Part shown: one piece after another, positions 10,112 through 19,532 of the stretch
Layout: the number at the start of each line of letters is the position of its first letter
Position numbering within the stretch: position 1 is the first letter of the stretch
Assembly: GCA_036336835.1 (NCBI GenBank)
Contig: JAYZFK010000005.1
Span: forward strand, 53,251-117,250
Length of the DNA: 64,000 nt
Source of the DNA: Myxococcota bacterium
GTDB lineage: Bacteria; Myxococcota_A; UBA9160; UBA4427
Reading direction: 5' to 3'
Notes under the pieces: model-generated
The model's database searches: none
What the model saw: the letters and a program-made list of their open reading frames with translations, nothing else
Told to the model about the DNA's origin: nothing
Position numbers and translations under genes: made by a program

Positions 10112-10717
10112 TCACCGTCGCTCGAAGACCTGGAAGCTCTGGCGCTCGAGGTAGTCGAACTCGGTTTCTAGGGCGTAGCCGGCTGATTCCATTTCGGAGC
10201 GGATCGCCTCGGGCGGCGCCGAGTGGCGCTGGAAGAAACCCTCCGGCTTGTAGTCGATGATCGCGATGCGACCGTCCTCGGTGAGCGCAGCCGCAATGCG
10301 TTCGAAGTAGGTAACTCGATCTTCGATGTGATGATAGGTGTTCGAGGTGAACACGAGGGAGACGCTCGCGGGCGCAAGCCGGGAATCGTCGTAGGCGGCT
10401 TGTACGACCTCGACGTTCGACGCGTTGCGCTCCTCGACGTCCACTCGCAGGGCCTCGTTCATGCCCTCGTCGACGTCGACGGCAAACACCCGACCGGTAT
10501 GTCCGACGGCTCTCGCAAGGTGGAAGGTGAAGTAGCCGCCGCCGGAGCCCAGATCGGCGACCCGCTCGCCGGGCGCGATTGCGAGCGAGTCGATCACGCG
10601 CTCCGATTGCTGCCAGGAGGACCGATCGCCCCTTGCATACGCCCAGCGCTTGATGTCGGTGCAGCCGCTCGTCGCGACCACGGCTGCGAGCAGGACGAGC
10701 TTCCACGCTCGGCGCAT
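10112..10717 (-). CDS. Class I SAM-dependent methyltransferase, predicted lipoprotein
   Basis: VADLGSGGGYF motif I. MRRAWKLVLLAAVVATSGC lipoprotein signal. Confidence 0.85.
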   Translation of the reverse strand: MRRAWKLVLLAAVVATSGCTDIKRWAYARGDRSSWQQSERVIDSLAIAPGERVADLGSGGGYFTFHLARAVGHTGRVFAVDVDEGMNEALRVDVEERNASNVEVVQAAYDDSRLAPASVSLVFTSNTYHHIEDRVTYFERIAAALTEDGRIAIIDYKPEGFFQRHSAPPEAIRSEMESAGYALETEFDYLERQSFQVFERR

Positions 10718-10786
10718 CGAGAACCCGGTCGTCAAGTGTCCCTCCCAGGGAAGCGGTGCGAGCATGACCCATTCGCCCCGCTCGGT

Positions 10787-11332
10787 TCAAGCGGGCTGTG
10801 CCTGCGCCGACTCTGTCGATCCCCAGGTCTGCTGCTCGATCGCGTAGACATCGACGAGCTTGCCACGCACGTCGATCTGGCCGTCGAAGTGTTCGCCGAG
10901 CTTCTCGGCCACGCGGATCGAGGCCACATTGCCCGGCTGAATCAGGCTGAGCAGACGCGGCTCGGACAGGACGTCGAACGCGTGGTGCATTGCCGCCGCG
11001 GCACCCTCGGGCGCAAAGCCCTCACCCCAGCGTTCGCGGGCAACCAGCCAGCCGACTTCGAGACCGGGCCAGCCCTCCGGCCGGTACAGACCAATGCGCC
11101 CGATCAGCTCGCCGCTCGTCTTTTCCTCCGCGGCCCACAGCCCGTAGCCGCGGAGCGACCAGTGGCCGATCACCATCGCGAGACCGCGCCAGGCCTCGTC
11201 TCGCGTCATCGGCTTGCCATCGCCGATGAAGCGCATCGCCTCGACGTCGCCACACCAGCGCGCGTAGGTCTCGAAGTCATCGGCACCGAAGGCGCGCAGG
11301 CGCTCGGTCTCGAGGATCGGAACGGAGCTCAC
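10787..11332 (-). CDS. GNAT N-acetyltransferase (RimJ/RimL type)
   Basis: ILETERLR, EVGW...WGEGFAPE, NVASIRVAEKLG. GTGA overlap with the upstream gene. Confidence 0.9.
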   Translation of the reverse strand: MSSVPILETERLRAFGADDFETYARWCGDVEAMRFIGDGKPMTRDEAWRGLAMVIGHWSLRGYGLWAAEEKTSGELIGRIGLYRPEGWPGLEVGWLVARERWGEGFAPEGAAAAMHHAFDVLSEPRLLSLIQPGNVASIRVAEKLGEHFDGQIDVRGKLVDVYAIEQQTWGSTESAQAQPA

Positions 11333-12009
11333 GGTGTGTGCAGCTCGACGAAGCGGACGACGGCATCTGCGAGCTCGCTGCGAACCTCGCTCTCGCTGCG
11401 ACCCGAGCGCTTGAGCACCTGGAACGAGTGGTCGCCACCCTCGACGACGTGTAGCGTCGCACTCGTTCCGAGCTCGGCGCACACCGGCTCGAGCCGGGAC
11501 AGCTCGGCGAGCTTGTCGCGCGTACCCTGCAGAAACAGCATCGGCAGCCCCACGTCCTTCAGATGGTCGGCGCGCTCGCTGCCCGCCTTGCCCGCGGCGT
11601 GCAGCGGAAAGCCGAAGAACACGATCCCGCGCAGGCCCGGGAGACCCCCGTCGCTCGCCGCGGCCAGCGACGTCATGCGCCCCCCCATCGACTTGCCCCC
11701 GGCGAACAGCGGCAGTTCCGCTGCGAGATCGCGCGCGCGGGCCACGGCCGCGCGCACGGTCGCGAGCAGCAGCGCGCGTGGGCTCGGCGCCCGCCTCCCC
11801 CGCTCCATGTACGGGAACTGATAGCGCAGGGTCGCAATACCGCGCGTCGCGAGCTCGTCGCTGATCGACGCCATGAAAGCGTGCTGCATGCCGGCGCCCG
11901 CGCCGTGTGCGAAGACGAGCAGCGCGTGCTGGTGCTCGGCGCGCTGATAGAGCGCCGACACGTCCTGGTCTCGAATCTCGATGCGGAGCGGCTGCGTGCC
12001 AGGCGACAT
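11329..12009 (-). CDS. Alpha/beta hydrolase (KANL3/Tex30-like)
   Basis: [17 protein letters not shown] nucleophile elbow, QGTRD and GGDHSF give a Ser-Asp-His triad. Confidence 0.9.
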   Translation of the reverse strand: MSPGTQPLRIEIRDQDVSALYQRAEHQHALLVFAHGAGAGMQHAFMASISDELATRGIATLRYQFPYMERGRRAPSPRALLLATVRAAVARARDLAAELPLFAGGKSMGGRMTSLAAASDGGLPGLRGIVFFGFPLHAAGKAGSERADHLKDVGLPMLFLQGTRDKLAELSRLEPVCAELGTSATLHVVEGGDHSFQVLKRSGRSESEVRSELADAVVRFVELHTP

Positions 12010-12245
12010 CTGCGATCGAGCCTCCAGCTGCTCGAAACGGCACACGCGAGGTCGAGAGCGTTCGGGACGGCGGCGGAGGATCTTGCGCGAGAACGGGTCA
12101 TCTGTCCAATCGGCGACCGCTTGCCTGAGCCACATCCGCGGTACTGCTCTGCGCAAGCTCTCTTCTCGACGCGCTCGCGCGCGTCGCTCACTTCGCAGGT
12201 GCCGTCGACCGAGTCGGTGACAATGGATCGGCCCGGCCCCGGACC

Positions 12246-12641
12246 TCAGTAGTCGTCGGTCCCGTAGATGACCTCCTCGTAGCCGTCTGCGGTTGCTGCC
12301 AGGAAGCGCACCGCGCCCTCGAACTCGTTCGCTCCCATCTCATCGAGGGCGAATGTCTCGGTCATCACGAGCATCTCCTCGCGGATTGCGAACGCGCCCC
12401 GCTCGAGGTCGGCGTTCTTGCGCAGCGCGACCTCCATCCGCGACGCGCCTAGCGTCTCGACGGTTCCGATGCGCGCCCACAGACGCACCCGCTCCTGGTC
12501 GCCGAGCTCGTACCGCTCCATGTCGATCAGCTGAGAGCGCCCGCCCGGCAGGGGAACGAGCACGCCACCCGGCAGCAGCTCCCAGAGCTGTTCCCGGCAG
12601 ACGCGCTCCGACAGCCGCGCGAACGATTCGCTCCGACTCAC
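12246..12641 (-). CDS. Hypothetical protein, YbjN/type III chaperone-like fold
   Basis: 131-aa acidic protein with GRSQ...ALRKNA...GAFAI...ADGYE...GTDDY pattern. GTGA-coupled to the dapF stop. Confidence 0.65.
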   Translation of the reverse strand: MSRSESFARLSERVCREQLWELLPGGVLVPLPGGRSQLIDMERYELGDQERVRLWARIGTVETLGASRMEVALRKNADLERGAFAIREEMLVMTETFALDEMGANEFEGAVRFLAATADGYEEVIYGTDDY

Positions 12642-13537
12642 GATCCCACCTCCAACGGCTCGCGCCACACACCGTCGAACACTTCGACCGCCGGTCCGGT
12701 GAGCCACGCGGACGCGCCAGGGCCCGACCACGCGACGAGTAGCACGCCTCCGGGCAATTCGACCTCCACGCGTGCGTCGGTCCGATCGCACAGCCGCGCG
12801 GCGACCGCACAGGCGGTGGCACCGGTTCCGGACGCGAGCGTCTCGCCCTCGCCCCGCTCGTAGACCCGCGCCCGCAACCGGTCGCGGGCGACGACCCGAG
12901 CCACCTCGACATTGACTCGCTGCGGAAACAGCGGATGAGCCTGCAGGGCCGTGGCCACCTCGGCCAGCGCGAAATCGGCCGGCTCTTCCTCGGTCAATAT
13001 GACCGCGTGCGGGTTGCCGAGGGAAAGGCCGGTGAAGACGACCTGCCGACCGCCCACATCGAGAGCGAAGTCGACCAGGCGCTGCGCGCCGCCGGCGTGC
13101 GCGGGGTCCGCCGGTAGCGCGGCGAGCTCGAAGCGCGGCTCGTCCATCTCCACGCGCGCCGCGACCACGCGCCCGGCCTCGAATGTCGGGAAGACGCGCC
13201 GCAGGCCTCCGCCGGTCTCGACCTCGAGTGCACCGCCCTCGAGCGGCGCGAGCCCCCGATCGAGCACGAACTTGGCGAACAGCCGAATGCCGTTGCCACT
13301 CATCTCGGCCTCGGAACCGTCGGAGTTGAAGATGCGCATGCACACGGGCGCGAGCTGCGAGCGCTGCACAACGGCAATGCCGTCCGAGCCGACACCGAAG
13401 TGCGAATCGGTGATGCGCCGCGCGAGCACGGACCAGTCGAGCGCGAGCTCGCGACCATCGATCACGACATAGCCGTTGCCGGCAGCCTGGAGCTTCGCGA
13501 AGGGCAGCTCGATCATCTGCAGCTCCGACGCGGTCAC
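12638..13537 (-). CDS. dapF: Diaminopimelate epimerase homolog (both catalytic Cys positions are Ser)
   Basis: GN..VID, GVGSDG, IFNSDGSEAEMSGNG, GNPH, RVNVE, VYERGEGETLASGTG and LTGPA motifs. Confidence 0.88.
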   Translation of the reverse strand: MTASELQMIELPFAKLQAAGNGYVVIDGRELALDWSVLARRITDSHFGVGSDGIAVVQRSQLAPVCMRIFNSDGSEAEMSGNGIRLFAKFVLDRGLAPLEGGALEVETGGGLRRVFPTFEAGRVVAARVEMDEPRFELAALPADPAHAGGAQRLVDFALDVGGRQVVFTGLSLGNPHAVILTEEEPADFALAEVATALQAHPLFPQRVNVEVARVVARDRLRARVYERGEGETLASGTGATACAVAARLCDRTDARVEVELPGGVLLVAWSGPGASAWLTGPAVEVFDGVWREPLEVGS

Positions 13538-13547
13538 CCCTCGCGCG

Positions 13548-13649
13548 TCAGCCGTCGCCGCCGAGGCGGCGGTGTTCGCTCAACAAACTCCAGGCGTAAC
13601 CGAGCAGCACGATGGCCGTGATGCCGTAGGAGGCGATCAGGTAGCTCAC
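13548..13649 (-). CDS. ccmD: Heme exporter protein CcmD (33 aa, not in ORF track)
   Basis: VSYLIASYGITAIVLLGYAWSLLSEHRRLGGDG: single TM with YLIASYG, then a charged tail. GTG overlaps the ccmC stop. Confidence 0.75.
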   Translation of the reverse strand: MSYLIASYGITAIVLLGYAWSLLSEHRRLGGDG

Positions 13650-14353
13650 GGGCCCCCCCGATCGATTGCCTGGGCCGTCCGCCCGCGCAGCGTCTCGACC
13701 TCGAAGCGAAGCAGCAGCAACCACGCGAAGGCCGTGAACATCGCTACTTGGCCCATCCGGAAGGGCAGCCCCATCCCGTCGCCGAGGCTGCCGCGCTCGA
13801 TGTTGTCGGGATGGATCGAGCGGTTGTCGAAGATCTCGATCACATAGTAGTTGAGCGGGATGAGCAGCACGCCAACGATCCCGTAGACCGCGGCAAAGCG
13901 AGCCGTTCGCGCGCCTCCTTCGCCAAAGCTACGCAGCACCGCGTACGCCAGATAGATGAACCACAACAGCAGCGTCACAGTGAGGCGGGGATCCCAGCTC
14001 CACCACTTGCCCCAGGTGCCCTTTGCCCAGATCGGGCCCGTGATCATCATCAGCGTGCAGAACACGATGCCGACCTCGGCGGCCGCTCTGGCGAATCGGT
14101 CCCAGTCCTCGCGCTCGCGCCACAGATAGATCGCGCCACCGATACCGGTGAACACGAAGCCCAGATAGGCGCCGTAGGCAAGCGGCGGGTGGACGTACAA
14201 GATCTTCTGGATCACGCCCTGCACCGCGTCGATCGGTGCCCGTACCACCGCCCAGGCGTACACCGCCAGCAGGGCGAGCAGCACCCAGCCAAGCGGTCGC
14301 CGCGTGCGGGCCGCGAAGCGTTCCAGCCCGGTCTGCGAAGCGTCCGAACTCAT
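13646..14353 (-). CDS. ccmC: Heme exporter / cytochrome c biogenesis protein CcmC
   Basis: ILYVHPP, the Trp-rich WAKGTWGKWWSWDPRLT motif and the second His (SIHP). Confidence 0.95.
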   Translation of the reverse strand: MSSDASQTGLERFAARTRRPLGWVLLALLAVYAWAVVRAPIDAVQGVIQKILYVHPPLAYGAYLGFVFTGIGGAIYLWREREDWDRFARAAAEVGIVFCTLMMITGPIWAKGTWGKWWSWDPRLTVTLLLWFIYLAYAVLRSFGEGGARTARFAAVYGIVGVLLIPLNYYVIEIFDNRSIHPDNIERGSLGDGMGLPFRMGQVAMFTAFAWLLLLRFEVETLRGRTAQAIDRGGP

Positions 14354-14392
14354 CGTGAGAGGCCCCCCCCGGATCGACCTCGATCGAGGGAG

Positions 14393-14848
14393 CTAGTACC
14401 CGCTGGACAGCTGCCCCAGCGGCCGGTTCCAGAGGTACTCCCCAGGATCCTGGATGCAGATCTGCAGCGCGGCCTGCATGTTGCCCCTGTCGAAATACCA
14501 TCCGTCGCCAACGAGATAGTCCCAGCTGGACTTGAGCCCGCCCGCCAGACCCAGGATCGGTATGGCGGCGGTGAAGAACACTGCCCCGATGATCGTGTCG
14601 TTCAGCGCGAACGGACGGGCCAGCAAGATGTCGACCGGAACGTAGAACGTCCAGTGGAGAATCCCCTTCTTCTCAACCTCCTCCTTCTCGGTGTAGTCGT
14701 CCTTGAGGAAGTCGTCGGACGAATAATCGTCGGAGAGGAAGTCGTCGCCGTCCTCGGCAAAGGACGCGGCGGGCGCGAGAGTCAGGGCGAGCACGAGCAC
14801 GATTGCCATCGACCTGGCGAGCCCGTCACGAGTAGGGGGGAGGCGCAT
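14393..14848 (-). CDS. Hypothetical exported/membrane protein
   Basis: Signal peptide, acidic repeat (DDFLSDDY/DDFLKDDY), then DILLARP...RPLG. AGGAG RBS. Confidence 0.7.
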   Translation of the reverse strand: MRLPPTRDGLARSMAIVLVLALTLAPAASFAEDGDDFLSDDYSSDDFLKDDYTEKEEVEKKGILHWTFYVPVDILLARPFALNDTIIGAVFFTAAIPILGLAGGLKSSWDYLVGDGWYFDRGNMQAALQICIQDPGEYLWNRPLGQLSSGY

Positions 14849-15075
14849 TCTCGGAATCTCCTGGAGATGAGGCGAGCCTCGATCCTAGCACGGCGACCGA
14901 GACAAGAGCGCTCCGAGTGGGCGCCCGCTCGACGCGCGTCAACCAATTGGCCGCTCAACGCCGAGCGATACCGCCGCTCGATCCCTGCCGCACCCAACAC
15001 GGCTGCGAGACGCGCTGCCACGAGGGACGAATCACCGCTCGCGACCTCGCTCCCACGCCGGGGACGCGGCACCCA

Positions 15076-15690
15076 CTAGCCGGGGAGCGGCCGAACCGAC
15101 GCGGCCGAGCGGTGCGCAAATCGCTGCCACATCCGCAGCACAAACGTCGCGATCAGCAGCAGCGAGAGCGGCGCATAACGCACATCCTGTTCGACCGCGG
15201 CACTGGTGTAGTTGAACGCGAGCACGACCCACAGCAACCAGGCGCCCGAGGTGTGGAGGATCTTCCAGCCACGGCGTCCGATCATCGCAGCCGTGCGATC
15301 GAACGACGTCAGCGTCATCCCCGCGAGCAGCAGGTAGGCGACCCCTCCACCGTACAGTGTGATCGCATCCACTCCACCCTCGAAGTAGGCCGGGAACGCG
15401 ACCGCGAGCACGCCCAGCGCAGCCAGGTGGGTGAAATGCATCACGGCGAACGACAGGCCGACGTAGCGGCGATTGCGCAGCAGCCACTTCGTCGCGTCGT
15501 TCGCCACGAGCTGCCGCAGCGGACGCGCGGCGAACGCGGCCGAGAACGACACCGCTCCCAGTCGTACGCTCCAGCGGACGACCTCGCGCGCGGCCTCTTC
15601 GCTCGCTCCAAAGAGCGCCAGCAGGATCACCACCAGCGTTCCCATCGCGGCCACCGCCCAGCCAGTGATCACCCAGCCTTCGAAGCGCAT
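15076..15690 (-). CDS. Ferric reductase-like transmembrane protein (MsrQ/YedZ-like)
   Basis: Six TMs with RNRRYVGL, HFTHL, TLTSF and WKILH heme-ligand pattern. Confidence 0.85.
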   Translation of the reverse strand: MRFEGWVITGWAVAAMGTLVVILLALFGASEEAAREVVRWSVRLGAVSFSAAFAARPLRQLVANDATKWLLRNRRYVGLSFAVMHFTHLAALGVLAVAFPAYFEGGVDAITLYGGGVAYLLLAGMTLTSFDRTAAMIGRRGWKILHTSGAWLLWVVLAFNYTSAAVEQDVRYAPLSLLLIATFVLRMWQRFAHRSAASVRPLPG

Positions 15691-15807
15691 GCTCGTTGCT
15701 CCTCACCCCAGGTGCACGCGCTCGGAGCATGCCACTCTCCGCTACCTGGCGCTCTGGGCTCTACCGATCTCCCCGTCGACCGGCGAGATCACGTCGAGCG
15801 ACGACCG

Positions 15808-16398
15808 TCACCGGATGGTGTGGGATCCCCGGTAGCCGCGCAGCCGCCGACGCTGCAAGGCCAGCGAGATCCGCCGCACGGTGCGCTCGATCAACGGCAT
15901 TCGCTGCCGCGAGACGATCTCGCCCCCGCGCAGCACGGTCGTCCGCTCGCCCTCGATCCGGTGTTCCTCCCCGTCCGGGAGCAGCACTCGATAGGGACGG
16001 TCTGCATTCATTGCGTCGTCCGCACAGGTGATGCGGACCTCCATCGTCTCGCGATGAGACCGGGCAATCTCCTGGAGCCTCGGCGATGCGTCGAAGGCGC
16101 CGGCCCGCGCCTCGCGAATCGAAAGCAGTGGCAGCCCAGCCCGCAGCGACACGTCGAGCACGGCACCCACCCGATCCGGCCGGTCCGCGTCCTCGTACTG
16201 CCCACGCAGCCACGCGCAGCGGTAGTCACCGCACAGATTGGGACGCTCCGGCAGCCCGTGGATCGCACACGGGGCGTGCGACCCCTCCCGCTGATGGATA
16301 CAGGGCACACCACCCAGCTTGCGCAGCGGGTCAACGCGCAACACCGTGCAGCACAGCGAGCAACTCCCGCAGCTGCGCTCCGTCCGCCCGTCACTCAT
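15808..16398 (-). CDS. Cysteine-cluster protein (YkgJ/CxxCxxCC-like)
   Basis: RSCGSCSLCC...CIH...CAIH..RPNLC..YRC.W pattern. Confidence 0.75.
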   Translation of the reverse strand: MSDGRTERSCGSCSLCCTVLRVDPLRKLGGVPCIHQREGSHAPCAIHGLPERPNLCGDYRCAWLRGQYEDADRPDRVGAVLDVSLRAGLPLLSIREARAGAFDASPRLQEIARSHRETMEVRITCADDAMNADRPYRVLLPDGEEHRIEGERTTVLRGGEIVSRQRMPLIERTVRRISLALQRRRLRGYRGSHTIR

Positions 16399-16517
16399 CA
16401 CTCGGAGATAGCGCAACTGGCCGGCAGACCGGCAGGCCGGCGGCCAGACACCGGCAGGGCGGAGCCAGTAGCTGGTCGCGGCTACAGCCGGAAGGCGACC
16501 GGGCCGATCGAGGACGC

Positions 16518-16814
16518 ATGAGAAGCGCGATCCTCGCTGTGTGCACGCTCTGTCTGGCCGCCGCGCTCGGATGCAGCGTGCTGGAAGAGATCGACGGCGC
16601 GCACTCGGCGATGGGCATCGGAGACGAGAAGCTCGAGGGGAGTACTGCCAAGGCCGAGGTGCCCGAGAAGCGGGGCATCGACTGGAGCGTCTCGCGCAGC
16701 ATCAACACCGGCCAGGTCGACCCGAGCATCGTCAGCTGCAGGCTCGCTGGCGCGACGCAGTTCATGCGCAAGGACGACTGTCTGACGCGCGGCGGCACAC
16801 CGAGCGCCCTCTGA
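16518..16814 (+). CDS. Hypothetical lipoprotein
   Basis: GAGG RBS, MRSAILAVCTLCLAAALGC lipobox, C-terminal Cys pair (VSCRL...DDCLTRGG). Confidence 0.7.
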   Translation: MRSAILAVCTLCLAAALGCSVLEEIDGAHSAMGIGDEKLEGSTAKAEVPEKRGIDWSVSRSINTGQVDPSIVSCRLAGATQFMRKDDCLTRGGTPSAL

Positions 16815-16821
16815 GCACCGC

Positions 16822-17586
16822 CTACTCCTGCGCCTCCCCCGCGTGGTCGAAGCGCCCGTGCCGCACGAAGTGGATGGCCTGACGCGCCACCTCGCGGTCG
16901 TACATCATGAAGCTGTGCGGCGCAGGCAGGACCAGGAAGTCACGCATCCCGAGGAGCTTCGCGCTCTCCACGGATACGGTGCCGTCGTCGGGTCCGTCGA
17001 GGATCCACGAGCCGAGCGGATTGAAGCTTCGGTCGCCTGCGATCACGCCGAGCTCGAACGTCACTGGGCCCAGCTCGTTGAGGCGGCTCGGCGCGCTGTC
17101 GGGACCGGTGCCGAGCGCGCGACCAGTCGGGCCGAGCAGCCGCGACGCCGGGCCCAGCCGATCGACCAGCTCACTGCCGTGATTGGGCGGGCTCAACATC
17201 ACGATGCGCCCCAGTCGCGCCGGCGCCTCACGCGCAATCCAGGCCCGCAGCACGATACCGCCTAGCGAATGGGTCACAAAGTGGAGTGTCTCGGCATCGC
17301 CGCAACACGCAGAGAGCGCGCGGTCAAACTCATCGACGATCTCGTCGAGCGACTTCGACCTCGAGTGGTAGCCGAGCGCCTCGCTCGCCAGGCCTTCCTC
17401 CTCGAAGCGACGCTCGAGCCGCCGCATCGCGCGGTCCGAGCGCCCGAGGCCGTGCAGCAGCACGACGCGAGCTCCAGCCTCGTCCCCAACGGAGTCCGCG
17501 ACCGGAGCGGAAGCCACGATCTCGCTCGCACTGGCATCCAGCTCGGCCATCAGCAGCGCGATAGTGATCAGCGTCGCGAGCTTCAT
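16822..17586 (-). CDS. Secreted alpha/beta hydrolase (lipase/esterase-like)
   Basis: VVLLHGLGRS, THSLGG, PPNHGS, DDGTV and HSFMM motifs. N-terminal hydrophobic segment. Confidence 0.88.
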   Translation of the reverse strand: MKLATLITIALLMAELDASASEIVASAPVADSVGDEAGARVVLLHGLGRSDRAMRRLERRFEEEGLASEALGYHSRSKSLDEIVDEFDRALSACCGDAETLHFVTHSLGGIVLRAWIAREAPARLGRIVMLSPPNHGSELVDRLGPASRLLGPTGRALGTGPDSAPSRLNELGPVTFELGVIAGDRSFNPLGSWILDGPDDGTVSVESAKLLGMRDFLVLPAPHSFMMYDREVARQAIHFVRHGRFDHAGEAQE

Positions 17587-18158
17587 GCGACGGCGCCCTC
17601 TTTGGCGCGGGCGACGTAGAGGACGGTATCGCGCGGCGAACCATCGGGATGCGTCCCGTCCTGCACGATCGTACGCTCGCAGCGAAAACCGGCCAGCTCG
17701 GCGACGCGGCGGCTGCGTCGATTTCGGGTGCTGGTGCGAATCTCGACGCGTCGCGCCGCGAAGCGCTCGAAGCACAGGTCAGTGAGGCGCTCGACGAACT
17801 CGGTGACGTAGCCGTTGCCGGCGAGCGAGGTCCTGACCCAGTAGCCGATCTCGAAGCATCGACGATCCCAGCACAGGCGCGGCAACCCCCCGGCCCCGAC
17901 GAGCACCCCGTCGCTCTTGCGCCGCAGCAGCCAGGTCGCCTCCTCGCCGCACTCGTGCCGGGTCCGGCGGGCGCTCATGATCTCGCGCTCGACCGCGAGG
18001 CTGGGCACCTCCTGGGCCCAGTCCATCCAGCGGTGGAGGGCCTCGAACGACTCGGCCACCGCCGCGCACATCTCCTCCGCGTCGCTGCGTCGCGGCGCGC
18101 ACAGTCGCAGACGCTCGGTCTCGAGTTGATTGGGAAACTGTGCCGGCTCGATCGGCAT
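17583..18158 (-). CDS. GNAT N-acetyltransferase (RimL type)
   Basis: LETERLRL, WMDWA, EIGYW...GNGYVTE and NRRSRRVAE motifs. Confidence 0.9.
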   Translation of the reverse strand: MPIEPAQFPNQLETERLRLCAPRRSDAEEMCAAVAESFEALHRWMDWAQEVPSLAVEREIMSARRTRHECGEEATWLLRRKSDGVLVGAGGLPRLCWDRRCFEIGYWVRTSLAGNGYVTEFVERLTDLCFERFAARRVEIRTSTRNRRSRRVAELAGFRCERTIVQDGTHPDGSPRDTVLYVARAKEGAVA

Positions 18159-18208
18159 GGGGCCCTCGCGGCGGAAACGGCGCGCGGTCCGAGCTTAGCT
18201 CCAGGCGA

Positions 18209-18835
18209 TCAGCGGCAGTGCAGCAGCGCCCACTCCCCGCTCATCGGGTGCAGCTCCCAGGGGTAGCGGTCGGCTGGCACGCGCGCCCAGACGAGCTCGC
18301 CCGCCCGGCGCCAGCCGTCGACCACCAACCCCTGCTCGAGGTCGCGCCCGCTCGGAGCCAGCAGTACGCTGCTGTGCTCGCGCAAGCGACTCCCGTACCG
18401 GGCCACCACCCAGTGGACGTCGAGCGTCCGAAGCTCGAGACCGAGCAGGCCCGCGATCAGGTCCTCGGCGAAGTGGCAGCACAGCCCGCGCTCTCGCAGC
18501 CCGAGGTGTACGAACAGATTGTGCAGCTGCGCCGGCCGGATCATTCGATAGTCCGACCGGAGCTGCTCGGCTCGCGTCACGAGCCAGTGCGCCGCGCGGT
18601 ATGCCTCGTCGCGCGCGACCGGTCGACCGAGATCCTCGATGGCACTGGCGAGCGCACTGATCCGGTGGGGATCGCGAAGCGGCGGCGCGCCGCCACGCGG
18701 CCCGGCACAGGCACCGAGCAACGCGATGACCAGCCAGGCGGCGAGGTGCCGGACCCAGATGACTCGTCGACCCTCGTTGCGAGCGACCAGAGAGCGTCTC
18801 GGCTTCGCAGCCCCCGGACTACGGCGTCCGAGCAC
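18209..18835 (-). CDS. Hypothetical lipoprotein with possible Cys-His-Asp triad (start uncertain)
   Basis: LLGAC lipobox. RGLCCH, EHSSV and VVDGWR motifs. Confidence 0.6.
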   Translation of the reverse strand: MLGRRSPGAAKPRRSLVARNEGRRVIWVRHLAAWLVIALLGACAGPRGGAPPLRDPHRISALASAIEDLGRPVARDEAYRAAHWLVTRAEQLRSDYRMIRPAQLHNLFVHLGLRERGLCCHFAEDLIAGLLGLELRTLDVHWVVARYGSRLREHSSVLLAPSGRDLEQGLVVDGWRRAGELVWARVPADRYPWELHPMSGEWALLHCR

Positions 18836-18917
18836 GCGAGCCGGCGTGCCGAGCGAGGCCGCAAAGACAAGGTGCCTTCTGCGTCTGCAGCAGCGGGCTG
18901 GATGAATCGTGCAGGCT

Positions 18918-19532
18918 CTATCGGACACGGACAGAGAAGGTGTCGCCGGCCGGTCGCAGGCGCTCGAGGAAGCCGTCGAGCGGCGCCGGCTCCGCGACGT
19001 CGCGGCCGGGGTCGTAGTCGTCCGACCAGAATTCCTTCCAGCTCGGCCAGAAGTCCTCCCAGCCCCCGTCGTAGGGCTCGCGGCCCGGCCAGCGCATCTT
19101 CGAATCGCCGATCGGCGGCTGGTTCAGATCCGTCGCGTACCAGTAGAGCGGCAGCCGCCGGCGGAAGTACCAGCCACCCTCGATGCGCGCGTAGCGGTCC
19201 CAGTACATCATGGTCATGATCACCCACGCGTCGCCGGTCTCGTGCTCGTTGCGGCTGTAGACCAGGCCGCGCGCCGCGTCGGGACTGTCGAACTCGATGA
19301 CGTGATTGCCGGTGACGTGCGCGGTGCCCGTAAACTGGACGCGCAGGGTCTGATCGAACCACTTCTTGAGCTCGGCGCGCCCGCTGCGCCCGCTGCCGAC
19401 GCGGACGTCTTCCACGAACAGGCCAACCAGTGCATCGAGGTCTCGCGCGTCGAGCGAGAGACAGTATTTCGCGACGAGCTGACGGATCTCGTCGAGAGAT
19501 TCGAGCCGCTCGATTCGCGCTTCCAGACTCAT
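18918..19532 (-). CDS. SnoaL/NTF2-like protein (LinA/BaiE-like)
   Basis: LESLDEIRQLVAKYC..LD.RD, TAH..GNH.I and Y.DRY.R..G.WYF..R motifs. Confidence 0.88.
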   Translation of the reverse strand: MSLEARIERLESLDEIRQLVAKYCLSLDARDLDALVGLFVEDVRVGSGRSGRAELKKWFDQTLRVQFTGTAHVTGNHVIEFDSPDAARGLVYSRNEHETGDAWVIMTMMYWDRYARIEGGWYFRRRLPLYWYATDLNQPPIGDSKMRWPGREPYDGGWEDFWPSWKEFWSDDYDPGRDVAEPAPLDGFLERLRPAGDTFSVRVR

